Shown: positions 27,007-36,499 of the stretch, one piece after another
Layout: each line of letters begins with the position of its first letter
Position numbering within the stretch: position 1 is the stretch's first letter
Assembly (NCBI GenBank): GCA_963742735.1
Contig: CAVUMN010000004.1
Coordinates: forward strand, 832,001 to 896,000
Direction: 5' to 3'
Origin: an uncultured Actinomycetes bacterium
Lineage (GTDB): Bacteria > Actinomycetota > UBA4738 > JBBDTT01
DNA length: 64,000 nucleotides
Program-made: the position numbers and the translations under genes
Notes under the pieces: generated by a model
What the model saw: the letters and a program-made list of their open reading frames with translations, nothing else
The model's database searches: none
Told to the model about the DNA's origin: nothing

Positions 27007-29065
27007 TTGGAACCTCCCCGTGTCGGCCACGTAGTTGCCCTGCCGGTCCAGCTTCGCGGTCCATCCCGGCGGGATGACCACGGTGGTGAACGGCTCCTCA
27101 ATGATCGCCGGGCCCTTCACGCTCTGGCCCGCGCGCAGGGCCGGGCCGTCGTAGACCTTTGTCCTGCGGAACCTCCCGCCGAACCACGCCTCGCGCGTCT
27201 CGCCGGCGACGGGTGGATTGCTGCTGCCCGGCGTCCTCGGCAGCGGCGGCGCCTTCAGACGGGCCGACGAGCGGACCCGCAGGGCGGCGATCATCGGCGT
27301 CTCGCCGCGCCGCGCGTAGGTGTGGAGGTCCTCGTGCATCGAGTGGAACCGCTCGGCCAGCCGCTCGAGGCCCTTCGCGTCCATCGTCCCCTTCAGCGGC
27401 ACGTCGATGTCCCAGGTCTGGCCCGGGTAGCGGACCTGCGCGAAGCGCTCGTGCGCGTACTTCTTCGAGGGGAGGTCCGCGCGCGAGAGCTCCTCCGTCG
27501 CCATGGCCTCGAGCTCGCCGAAGATCGCCTCGAGCTTCTCGGGCTGGGCCTCGTTGGTGTTCACCAGCGTCGCCCGCACCCGGTCGACCAGGTAGTCCGA
27601 GACCAGCAGCCCCAGCGCGGAGAACGCCGGGGCCGTGCGGGGGATGACCACCCGGCGGATCCCGAGCTCATCGGCCTGGTGCAGCGCGTGGACCGCGCCG
27701 TTGCCGCCGAACACCAGCAGCGCGAACTCGCGAGGGTCCAGGCCGCGCTCGGCCGAGACCCGCACGATCGCGTTGTTCATGTTCGCGTTCACCAGCCGGT
27801 GGATGCCCCACGCGGCCTCGACGCCGTTCAGGCCGAGTGGCGCGCCGATCTGCTTCTCGATGACCTCGGCCAGCCCGTCCGACTTCAGCGGGAACTCGCC
27901 GCCGGCGAAGTTCTCCGGGTTCAGGTAGCCGAGGACGAGGTTGGCGTCGGTGACGGTGGGCTGGGTCCCGCCGCGGCCGTAGCAGATCGGGCCGGGGTCC
28001 GAGCCCGCGGACTGGGGGCCGACCTGGAGCGCGCCGGCCGTGACCGAGGCCAGCGAGCCGCCGCCGGAGCCGATCGACACGACGTCGACCATGGGCAGCG
28101 CCACCAGGTACCGGTTGATCCAGTTCCACGAGGACTTCACGTTCGGCTCCGCCGCCCGAACCAGGCAGACGTCGTAGGACGTGCCGCCCATGTCGACCGA
28201 GATGAAGTCCGGAACCCCCGCCTCCTTGCCGACGACCGCCGCGCCGCGGACGCCGCCGGCGGGACCGGACGCGAGGGTGGCGATGGGCCGCCCGAGGGTG
28301 GACGAGGCCGTGGCGATCCCGCCGCTCGACTGCATCACCAGGAGCTCGTGGGCGAAGCCCTTCTTCTTGAGCTGCTCGGTCAGGCGCTTCAGGTAGCGCT
28401 GCACCGGCGGGCCGACGTAGGCGTTCACGACGGTGGTCGACGTGCGCTCGAACTCGGGGGCCGCGGGGTGGACCTCGTGCGAGAGCGAGACCATCCCGAC
28501 CTTCGGGTACTCCTTGCGGATGATCTCGCCGATCCGCACCTCGTGGGCCGGGTTCACGAAGGAGAACAGGGTCACCACCGCGATCGACTCGATGCCGGCG
28601 CCCTTCAGCCGGCGGACCGCCCGGCGGACCTCGTCCTCGTCGAGCTCCACCAGGACGTTGCCCTGGTAGTCGAGCCGTTCGTTGAGGGGCAAGCGGAACC
28701 GGCGCGGGGCGATCTGGGGCGGCTTCGGGTACGAGGGGTCCCAGATGTTCTCCTTGTAGCCGCGCCGCAGCTCGATCTCGTCGCGGGCGCCCTTCGAGAC
28801 GAGCAGGCCCGTCTTCGCGCCGTTCAGCTCGATCATCGTGTTGTCGGCGGTGGTGGTGCCGTGGACGATCAGGTCGGTCTGCTCGAGGAACTTCCGCAGG
28901 GTCAGGCCGTTGCCGTCGGCGATGCGCTCCAGGCCCTCCATCACCCCGGCGGACTGGTCGTCCTGGGTCGTGAAGTTCTTGGTCAGGCCGAACGTCGCCG
29001 TCCGGCGCGACCGTGAGGAAGTCGGTGAACGTCCCGCCGACGTCGATCCCAACCCGGTAGCCCAT
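27003..29065 (-). CDS. Hydantoinase A/oxoprolinase family ATP-binding subunit, with an apparent +1 frameshift near 28987
   Basis: MGYRVGIDVGGTFTD is in one frame; LTKNFTT..HGTT..SGPAGG..DMGGTSYD..GSGGGS..AGSDPGPICYGRGG..FGGNG continues in another. Confidence 0.85.
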
Positions 29066-29073
29066 CGACCCTC

Positions 29074-30516
29074 CTACTTGAGCTGCACGTAGACGTTCTT
29101 GGTCTCGAGGTAGCTGTCCAGGGCCTCCCGGCCGCCCTCCCGGCCGAGGCCCGAGTCCTTGTAGCCGCCGAACGGCGTCCCCGGGTTCACGAGCAGCCAT
29201 GAGTTCACCCAGACGGTCCCCGCCCGGATGGCCTTGGCCACGCTGTGCGCGCGGTTGAGGTCGTTGGTCCACACCCCGCCGGCCAGGCCGTAGGGGGTGT
29301 CGTTGGCGATCGCGATGGCCTCGGCCTGGTCCGCGAACGGGATGACCGAGAGCACCGGTCCGAAGATCTCCTCCCGGGCGATCCGCTGGTCGTTCGTCAC
29401 GCCGGTGAGGATCGTCGGCGGGACGAAGTAGCCGTCGGCAAGGTCGCCGGCGAGACGCTCGCCGCCCAGGACCACCTCCGCGGAGCCGCGGGCCTCGTCC
29501 ACGATCCCCAGGACTCGCTGCAGGTGCGGCTCGGAGATGAGCGGGCCCATCAGCGTCCCCGGCTGGAGCGGGTCGCCCACGGTCATGCCCCCCGCGGCCG
29601 CCTTCACCCGCTCGACGAACGCGTCGGCGATCGAGGCCTCCACCAGCAGCCGGCTGCCGGCGAGGCACGTCTGTCCGGTGTTGAGGAAGATGCCGGACGC
29701 CGCGGAGAGGGCGGCCGCGTCCAGGTCGGCGTCGGCGAACACGAGGTTCGCGGACTTGCCGCCGAGCTCCAGGGAGACCTTCTTCAGGTTCCGCCCGGCG
29801 ATCTCGGCCACACGGCGGCCGGTCTCGCTTCCGCCGGTGAACGCGATGCGGTCCACGCCCGGATGCTCGATCAGGGCGGTCCCGGTCGAGCCGTCGCCGG
29901 TGACCACGTTCACGACCCCCCGCGGGAAGCCGGCCTTGGCGACCAGCTCGGTCAGGCGCAGCGGCGCGAGCGGGGCGAGCTCCGACGGCTTGAGGACGAC
30001 GGCGTTGCCGGCCGCCAGGGCGGGTGCCAGCTTGAACACCGACAGGGAGATCGGCGCGTTCCACGGGATGATCGCGGCGACCACGCCGATCGGCTCCCGG
30101 AGCGTGTAGTCGAACACCCCCGGCGCCGTGACCGGCACGACCGCGCCCTCGATCTTGTCGGCCCATCCGGCGAAGTACTCCAGGTACTCGGCGGAGAAGA
30201 GGGCCTCACCCATCGTGAAGCCGTGGGGCATCCCCATCTCCTCGCTGGCCACCCGGCCGATCTCCATCGCGTCCTCGGCCAGGAGCTGCGCCAGACGAAG
30301 GAGCAGCTTTCGGCGCTCCTGGGGCGGGGAATCCGCCCACCCGCGGTCGAGCGCCTTGCGGGCCGCGGTCACGGCCGCGTCCACCTCCTCGACGGTGCCG
30401 GTCGGCACCGACGCCAGGGCCTTTCCGGTGGTGGGGTTGAGGTTCTGGATCGACTCGCCGGCGCCCTCCCGCCACTCACCCCCGATGAACAGCTTGGTCA
30501 CGGTCTCGGTCGTCAT
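29074..30516 (-). CDS. Aldehyde dehydrogenase
   Basis: IPWNAP, FTGGSETG, LELGGKS, GQTCLAG, EEIFGPV. ATGA overlap start. Confidence 0.95.
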   Translation of the reverse strand: MTTETVTKLFIGGEWREGAGESIQNLNPTTGKALASVPTGTVEEVDAAVTAARKALDRGWADSPPQERRKLLLRLAQLLAEDAMEIGRVASEEMGMPHGFTMGEALFSAEYLEYFAGWADKIEGAVVPVTAPGVFDYTLREPIGVVAAIIPWNAPISLSVFKLAPALAAGNAVVLKPSELAPLAPLRLTELVAKAGFPRGVVNVVTGDGSTGTALIEHPGVDRIAFTGGSETGRRVAEIAGRNLKKVSLELGGKSANLVFADADLDAAALSAASGIFLNTGQTCLAGSRLLVEASIADAFVERVKAAAGGMTVGDPLQPGTLMGPLISEPHLQRVLGIVDEARGSAEVVLGGERLAGDLADGYFVPPTILTGVTNDQRIAREEIFGPVLSVIPFADQAEAIAIANDTPYGLAGGVWTNDLNRAHSVAKAIRAGTVWVNSWLLVNPGTPFGGYKDSGLGREGGREALDSYLETKNVYVQLK

Positions 30517-31685
30517 GCCCCCACCCGCTCGATGACCATGGCCGAGCCGAGCCCGCCCCCGGCGCACATGGTCGCCACGCCGTATCGGCCCTCACGCCGC
30601 TCGAGCTCGTGCAGGAGCGTCGTCACCAGGCGCGCGCCGGTGCACCCGACCGGATGGCCGAGGGCCACGGCGCCGCCGTTCACGTTGACCTTCTCAGGAT
30701 CGAGACCGAGCTCGCGGACGCAGGCCACCGTCATCGCCGCGAACGCCTCGTTCAGCTCGATGAGCTCCATGTCCTCCAGGCTCAGGCCGGCGCGCTTCAA
30801 CGCCTTGGGGACGGCCTCGATCGGGCCGGTCCCGGTGTAGTTGGGGTCGACCCCCACGCTGGCCCAGCCGCGGATCACGGCGCGAGGCGTCAGGCCGAGG
30901 GCCTGCGCCTTCGACGCGGAGGTGACCACCAGCGAGGCCGCCCCGTCGTTGATGCCGCTGGCGTTGCCGGCGGTGACCGTGCCGCCCTCCTTGTAGACCG
31001 GAGGGAGCTTCGCGAGGGCCTCGAGCGTCGTGTCGCGCCGGGGGCGCTCGTCGGTGTCGACGGTCGTGGACCCCCGCTTCCCGGGGACCTCGACCGGGAG
31101 GATCTCCTTCGCGAACCGTCCCTCGTCGATGGCGGCCACCGCGCGCTGGTGCGAACGCAGCGCCCATTCGTCCTGGTCCTCGCGGGTCACGCCGTACTTC
31201 TCGGCGACGTTCTCGCCGGTGTTCAGGCCCACGGAGAACGGTCCCATCTCCAGCGGATGGGTCAGCGGGATGAAGTACTCGGCGGGTTTGCGGGCGTACG
31301 CCTGGGCCGGCCGGCGCTGCAGGAACGGCTGCTGGGACATGCTCTCGGTCCCGCCGGTCAGGAACGCCTCGCCGGTGCCCGCCCACACCGCCGTGGCCGC
31401 CTGGATCACGGCCTCGAGCCCGGTGGCGCACGCCCGGATCACCGTGTAGCCGGGGACCTCGCGGGGGACCCCGACGGCCAGCCCGATGAAGCGGCCGGCG
31501 TTGCCGCCGCCCCCCACCGTCTCGCCGATGATCACGTCGTCGAACACGCCCGGGTCGATCCCCGCGCGGGAGATGGCCTCCCGGCACGTGGCGATCGACA
31601 GATCCCAGGCCGAGACCGGTGCGAGCGCGCCGCCCGCGTTGCCGATCGGCGTGCGCACCGCGGCGACGATGACCGCGTCTTCCAC
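30513..31685 (-). CDS. Acetyl-CoA C-acyltransferase (thiolase)
   Basis: RACATGL, NEAFA, GHPVGCTG, MCAGGG. Confidence 0.95.
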   Translation of the reverse strand: MEDAVIVAAVRTPIGNAGGALAPVSAWDLSIATCREAISRAGIDPGVFDDVIIGETVGGGGNAGRFIGLAVGVPREVPGYTVIRACATGLEAVIQAATAVWAGTGEAFLTGGTESMSQQPFLQRRPAQAYARKPAEYFIPLTHPLEMGPFSVGLNTGENVAEKYGVTREDQDEWALRSHQRAVAAIDEGRFAKEILPVEVPGKRGSTTVDTDERPRRDTTLEALAKLPPVYKEGGTVTAGNASGINDGAASLVVTSASKAQALGLTPRAVIRGWASVGVDPNYTGTGPIEAVPKALKRAGLSLEDMELIELNEAFAAMTVACVRELGLDPEKVNVNGGAVALGHPVGCTGARLVTTLLHELERREGRYGVATMCAGGGLGSAMVIERVGA

Positions 31686-31692
31686 GACTCGC

Positions 31693-32733
31693 TTATAGCC
31701 CCTCGGGCCCGGTGCGTGCGACCCCTCGCGCCTGGCTCACGAGCCGGAGCACCAGCGGACCCATGGCCTCGTGCATCGGGTTGTCGCTCTTGCCGGTGGC
31801 GAACCGGTGGTAGCTGCCCTCCAGGATGCAGGCCAGCTTGAACAGCGCGAGGACCACGTAATAGTCGAGCCGGTCCAGCGAGCGGCCGCTGACCGAGGCG
31901 TATCGCTCGGCCAGCTCGGCCCGCGCCGGCAGGCCCGTCCGGTCGGCGAAGTAGGCGCTGGTGAACCGGGCGTCCTCCTCGTCCGGGTCCTGCCAGCCGG
32001 CGAGCAGCCACCCGAGGTCGAGCAGCGGATCGCCGATCGTGGACTGCTCCCAGTCGACGATGGCGGCGAGCCGCGCCGGGCTCTGCGGCGCGAACATCAC
32101 GTTGATGAACTGGTAGTCGCCGTGCAGGATCGCCGGCTCGGTGCCCTCGGGGCGCGCCTCGTCGAGCCACCCCGCGACCTCGTCCAGCCCCGGGAGGTCG
32201 CGGCTCCGGTAGGTCTCCAGCTGTCCGAGCCATCGCCCGACCTGCCGCTCGAGGAAGCCCTCCGGCTTGCCGAACCCCTCCAGCCCGACGGCCCGCCAGT
32301 CGACGTTCGCCAGCTCCGCGATCCCCTCGACCAGACGCAGCCCCATGTCCCGGCGGACGCCGGCGTCCCGGTCGAACGGCGGCGGGAGTGGCTCGCGCGG
32401 CGCGAACCCCTCGACCTTCTCCATGACGAAGAACGGCGCGCCGATGACGGCGTCGTCCTCGCAGAGCAGCAGGGGCGTCGGATGCGGGACGGCCGTGCCG
32501 TCCAGCGCCTTCAGCACCCGGAACTCCCGTCCCATGTCGTGCGCGCTCCTCGAGACCTTGTGCCGGGGGGGACGGCGCAGGATCCAGGTGTCGCCGCCGC
32601 GGACGAGCTCGAACATCTCGTTGGAGGCCCCGCTCGAGACGCGGTCGGCGGTGAAGGGCTCGCCCGCGCCGGGGAGCCGGTCGCCCACCCAGGCGTCGAG
32701 CGCGGGAAGGTCGATCAGGCCGCGGTCAGTCAA
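31693..32733 (-). CDS. APH-family phosphotransferase (ACAD10/11 kinase-domain/LvaA-like)
   Basis: GASNE, LRRPP, SAHDMGREFRVL, HGDY..N, DWEQSTIGDPLLDLGW. Confidence 0.9.
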   Translation of the reverse strand: MTDRGLIDLPALDAWVGDRLPGAGEPFTADRVSSGASNEMFELVRGGDTWILRRPPRHKVSRSAHDMGREFRVLKALDGTAVPHPTPLLLCEDDAVIGAPFFVMEKVEGFAPREPLPPPFDRDAGVRRDMGLRLVEGIAELANVDWRAVGLEGFGKPEGFLERQVGRWLGQLETYRSRDLPGLDEVAGWLDEARPEGTEPAILHGDYQFINVMFAPQSPARLAAIVDWEQSTIGDPLLDLGWLLAGWQDPDEEDARFTSAYFADRTGLPARAELAERYASVSGRSLDRLDYYVVLALFKLACILEGSYHRFATGKSDNPMHEAMGPLVLRLVSQARGVARTGPEGL

Positions 32734-33994
32734 CGCTGAGCGCGTCCAGGACCGTGGCGAACCTCGCCCGCGCGGCCTCGCGGCGGGTGGGGACGTGCTC
32801 GCTGGGCCACGGGCCGTCGTGGGGCTCGACGTCCTTCAGGGCCCGGCGGGCGATCGTCACACGGTGGACCTCGTCGGGTCCGTCCATGATCGGCAGGGCC
32901 CGCGCGAGCCGGTACATCCCCTCCAGCGGCAGGTCTTCCGAGTACCCGAGGGCGCCGTGGATCTGCAGGGCGCGGTCGATCACGTCGTGCAGGGCTCCGG
33001 AGACGAAGACCTTCGCCGCCGCGATCTCGGTCCGGGCGCCGGACGAGCCCTGCTGATCGGTGACCCACGCCGCGTGCAGGACCAGCAGCCGCGCGGCGTG
33101 GATCTGGATCCACGAGTCGGCGATCCAGTTCTGGACGGTCTGCTTGTCGGCGAGGACGCTGCCGTGCGCGTAGCGCGACACCGCCCGCTCGCGGAGCATG
33201 TCGAAAGCCCGGCCCATCTGGCCCAGGTAGCGCATGCAGTGGTGCAGGCGGCCCGGGCCGAGCCGCTTCTGGGCGATCGTGAACCCCTCGCCCTCGCCGC
33301 CCAGCAGCGCGTCGGCCGGCAGGCGCACGCCCTCGTAGAGGATCTCGGCGTGGTGGGGCCCGCCGTACATTCCGGCCACCTCGCGAACGATGTTCACGCC
33401 CGGGGTTCCGCGGGGGACCAGGAACATCGACGCGCGGGAGTGGGGCTCGGCGCCGGGGTCGGTGACCGCCATGACGATCAGGAACTCGGCGATCGCGGCG
33501 TTCGAGCTGAACCACTTGTGCCCGTCCAGGACCCACTCGTCGCCGTCGCGGACGGCGTGCGTCTCCAGGAGCGTCGGATCCGAGCCGGCGTTCGGCTCGG
33601 TCATCGAGAAGCACGACCGGATGCGGCCGTCCAGGAGCGGCGCCAGGTACTTCGCGCGCTGCTCCTCGGTCCCGTACATCGCGAGGATCTCCGCGTTGCC
33701 GGTGTCGGGGGCCTGGCACCCGAACACCTCGGGCGCGTGGCGCGTCCGGCCGAGGATCTCGTTCATCAGGGCGAGCTTCACCTGGCCGAACCCCCGGCCC
33801 CCGAGGTCGGGACCCAGATGGCAGGCCCAGAGGCCGCGTTCCTTCACCGCGGCCTTCATCGGCTCGGTGACGGCGCGCAGCTGTTCGTCGGTGAGCTCGA
33901 GCGTCTCCAGCGGCGTGACCTCGTCGCGGACGAACGCGCGCATCCACTCGAGATGGGGCTCGAACTCCGGGTCGGTCGAGAAGTCCCAGCTCAT
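32726..33994 (-). CDS. Acyl-CoA dehydrogenase (ACAD10/11, FadE2/LvaC-like)
   Basis: CQAPDTGNAE, SMTEP, GHKWFSS, RLGPGRLHHCMR, IMDGPDEVH. Confidence 0.93.
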   Translation of the reverse strand: MSWDFSTDPEFEPHLEWMRAFVRDEVTPLETLELTDEQLRAVTEPMKAAVKERGLWACHLGPDLGGRGFGQVKLALMNEILGRTRHAPEVFGCQAPDTGNAEILAMYGTEEQRAKYLAPLLDGRIRSCFSMTEPNAGSDPTLLETHAVRDGDEWVLDGHKWFSSNAAIAEFLIVMAVTDPGAEPHSRASMFLVPRGTPGVNIVREVAGMYGGPHHAEILYEGVRLPADALLGGEGEGFTIAQKRLGPGRLHHCMRYLGQMGRAFDMLRERAVSRYAHGSVLADKQTVQNWIADSWIQIHAARLLVLHAAWVTDQQGSSGARTEIAAAKVFVSGALHDVIDRALQIHGALGYSEDLPLEGMYRLARALPIMDGPDEVHRVTIARRALKDVEPHDGPWPSEHVPTRREAARARFATVLDALSVD

Positions 33995-34446
33995 CCGGCG
34001 GCGAGCTCCCGCTTGCGGGCCTTCCAGCGTTCGATCATGTCGATGAACGCCTGGGGGTTGTACGCGTCCTCCTCGTAGGACCACCGCCCGTCGCCCGCGT
34101 ACTTCAGGAGGGTGAGGTTCGCCTCCTCGTGGACGCTCCCGTCGCCGGGGTCCTCCATGCGGTTCCAGATCTTGCAGGCGATCCAGCCGCGCTCGGTGTC
34201 GACGATGTACCACTCGATCGGGAACAACGGCATGGCGTTGCCCGGGAAGACGCTCATCACCTGGGTGATCCAGGTCCGGATGGCCTCGCGGCCGTGCATG
34301 GTCCCGAAGAGGTGCTCGACGTAGGTGGCGTCCTCGGTGAACAGGTCGGCCCACGCGTTCCAGTCCTTCGTGCGTCCGGCCTCCTCGCCGACGCGCTGGT
34401 AGTCGGCGAAGGCCTCCTCGAGCTCGTCGCGCGACCAGGTCTCCAT
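33991..34446 (-). CDS. NTF2/SnoaL-like protein
   Basis: DWNAWADLFTEDATYVEH..GREAIR..YEEDAYNP. TAGGCT lies 7 nt before the ATG. Confidence 0.88.
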   Translation of the reverse strand: METWSRDELEEAFADYQRVGEEAGRTKDWNAWADLFTEDATYVEHLFGTMHGREAIRTWITQVMSVFPGNAMPLFPIEWYIVDTERGWIACKIWNRMEDPGDGSVHEEANLTLLKYAGDGRWSYEEDAYNPQAFIDMIERWKARKRELAAG

Positions 34447-34456
34447 CGCCCGCAGC

Positions 34457-35374
34457 CTAGCCGCGGAGCGCGGGCAGCACGTCCCGCGCGAACAGCTCGG
34501 TCCCGGTCGTCACATCGGCGCGGCCGAAATGGCAGACGAAGTGGGTGACGCCGGCATCGGCGTACTCGCGCAGGCGGGGCAGGACCTGCTCGGGGGTCCC
34601 GGCCACGACCCGCTCGCCGTACAGGCGGGCGTTGCGATTGTCCGAGCCGCGAGCCCGCTCGGCGCGGGCCGCGACGCGGTCGCCGTCCTCGTCCACCCAC
34701 ACCGGTCCGTAGTACGTGACCTCGGGCATGGGCCGCCCCTCGCCCTCGGCGTAGGCGCGCAGGCGATCGGCGCGCGCGGCGACGTCCTCGGGCGCCAGCA
34801 GCGGGGCGTTCCACGCGTCGGCGAACCGCCCGGCGACGCGGAGCAGCCCGTCGCCCCGCCCGCCGATCCAGATCGGGGGACGCGGCGACTGGAGCGGGCG
34901 CGGGCAGTCGGCCACGCCGTCGCCCGAGTACCAGCGGCCGGTGAACGCGCGCCCCTCCCACATCCCCGTCAGCACCTCCAGGGCCTCGGCCAGGCGTTCC
35001 GCGCGCTCGGCCCCTTCGAGCCAGGGGTAGCCGAACGAGTCGTACTCCGCGCGGTAGCCGCCGGCGCCGATGCCCAGGTTGAGCCGGCCGCCGCTCAGGT
35101 GGTCGAGCGTGGCCGCGGCGCTCGCCAGCCATGCCGGGTTCCGGAACGCCTCCGCGAGCACCAGCGGGCCGCATCGGATCGTCGAGGTGCCCAGCAGGAC
35201 GGCGGTCAGCGTCGTCCACGCCTCCCACACCGGGCTGCCCGGGGCGACGGCGATCACGCGGAGGTGGTCCTCGACCCACACGGAGTCGAACCCGAGCGAC
35301 TCGGCGAGACGAGCGTGCTCGACGACCGTGCCCAGGTCGGCCCCCTCCTGGGGGACGAGGATCCCGACCTTCAC
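34457..35374 (-). CDS. LLM-class flavin/F420-dependent oxidoreductase
   Basis: AESLGFDSVWVEDH, EAWTTL, RNPA, LDHLSGGRLNLGIGAG, PPIWIGG, ADAWN. Confidence 0.92.
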   Translation of the reverse strand: MKVGILVPQEGADLGTVVEHARLAESLGFDSVWVEDHLRVIAVAPGSPVWEAWTTLTAVLLGTSTIRCGPLVLAEAFRNPAWLASAAATLDHLSGGRLNLGIGAGGYRAEYDSFGYPWLEGAERAERLAEALEVLTGMWEGRAFTGRWYSGDGVADCPRPLQSPRPPIWIGGRGDGLLRVAGRFADAWNAPLLAPEDVAARADRLRAYAEGEGRPMPEVTYYGPVWVDEDGDRVAARAERARGSDNRNARLYGERVVAGTPEQVLPRLREYADAGVTHFVCHFGRADVTTGTELFARDVLPALRG

Positions 35375-35405
35375 GAGGCGTTCACGAGGCGTTCACGAGG
35401 CGTTC
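35370..35405. repeat. 11-bp tandem repeat (TTCACGAGGCG)x3+TTC at a gene junction
   Basis: Read directly: ttcacgaggcg ttcacgaggcg ttcacgaggcg ttc. Confidence 0.95.
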
Positions 35406-36493
35406 TTCGCGGCGAGCTGGACCGCGTCGACGCAGTCGTCCGCCGTGATGCCCGCCGCCGCGTCGGGCTGATCGACGTCCTCGGCGTCGAGGACGGAGCG
35501 CACTCGTGTCAGCAGCTCCTCTCGGTCGGCCGCGTTCGCCCCCGCGAGCGCGCCGGCGACGCGCTCCATGGCGTCGGGCGGGGACAGGTGCATGTCCCCG
35601 GCCATCAGCGCACGCACGATCGTGCCGGCCTCGTCCACGGCCACGCCCGCACGGACGAGCTTCTTGCCCTTCACGTTGGCGAAGCCGACCCGCGAGCCCT
35701 CCGGCGCCGTCTCGGTGAACCGCGAGGTCGAGGTACGCCGGACCCAGTCGTCGGAGCTCACCAGGTCGGCGAAGCCGGGCGCGCCGGCCGCCTCCTCGAC
35801 GGTGAGCTCGCTGTCCTCCAGGTCCAGGCCGAGCACCTCACGGCTCGCGGAGGCGATCGCGTCGCGGAACTCCTCGTAGCCGAGGTCGGTGCCGCGGACG
35901 TCGGCCGGCGTGCAGATGTAGGCGACCGCGTCCTTGATGACCTTGTCCTTGAACTTCTCCTCGGGGACGCGGGCGACGCGCGCGTACAGCTCGAGGTCCG
36001 GGCGCTTGAGGTTGAAGAACGAGCCCACCACGTTCACGCCGAGGGCGGTCTGGCTGATCAGCGCGCCGAGCTTGCGCCCGTTCCAGCGCAGGTCGGAGCT
36101 CCCCTCGAAGGCCACCTCGGCCAGCCCGAGGTCGTCCAGGGCCCGGCGCATGGCCGGGCGGAAGTGCTCCAGCGCCTCGTCGAGGTCGGGCCACCGGGCG
36201 GGGGAGAGGAAGTACGAGAACATCGCCACCGCGTCGGTGTCGTAGAACGCGGCGCCACCGCCCATGATCGGCCGGCGGAAGACGTCCACGCCGGCGTCGC
36301 GAGCCGCCGCGAGGTCCAGCACCGCGTCGACGTCCTCGAACCACCCCACCTGGAAGTGCCCGCGGCTCCACCGGGCGGTCATCAGGATCTCGGGGCCGCC
36401 GTTGATCACGCTCCCGGCCATGGTCGGCATGCGCCCGAACATCACGGGGGCCTCGACGGGCCCGATGTCGACGAACCGCCAGCGGTCCGGCAT
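35393..36493 (-). CDS. Lipoate-protein ligase A-like protein (two-domain, divergent)
   Basis: VFRRPIMGGGAAFYD, D..WNGRKL, VPEEKFKDK, and a C-terminal LplB-like domain (AGDMHLSP..AL.G). Confidence 0.82.
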   Translation of the reverse strand: MPDRWRFVDIGPVEAPVMFGRMPTMAGSVINGGPEILMTARWSRGHFQVGWFEDVDAVLDLAAARDAGVDVFRRPIMGGGAAFYDTDAVAMFSYFLSPARWPDLDEALEHFRPAMRRALDDLGLAEVAFEGSSDLRWNGRKLGALISQTALGVNVVGSFFNLKRPDLELYARVARVPEEKFKDKVIKDAVAYICTPADVRGTDLGYEEFRDAIASASREVLGLDLEDSELTVEEAAGAPGFADLVSSDDWVRRTSTSRFTETAPEGSRVGFANVKGKKLVRAGVAVDEAGTIVRALMAGDMHLSPPDAMERVAGALAGANAADREELLTRVRSVLDAEDVDQPDAAAGITADDCVDAVQLAAKNAS

Positions 36494-36499
36494 CCGCGG

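Noticed and set aside
25363-29016. 1217-aa plus-strand ORF, and similar long ORFs such as 2158..5823, 323..2635, 9138..12083, 34529..36694 and 42579..44861
   Set aside because: Antisense or alternate-frame shadows of well-formed genes, expected in very GC-rich DNA; no recognisable motifs.
35370-35405. Possible CRISPR array or IS target duplication
   Set aside because: The 11-bp units have no spacers, and there are no cas or transposase genes.
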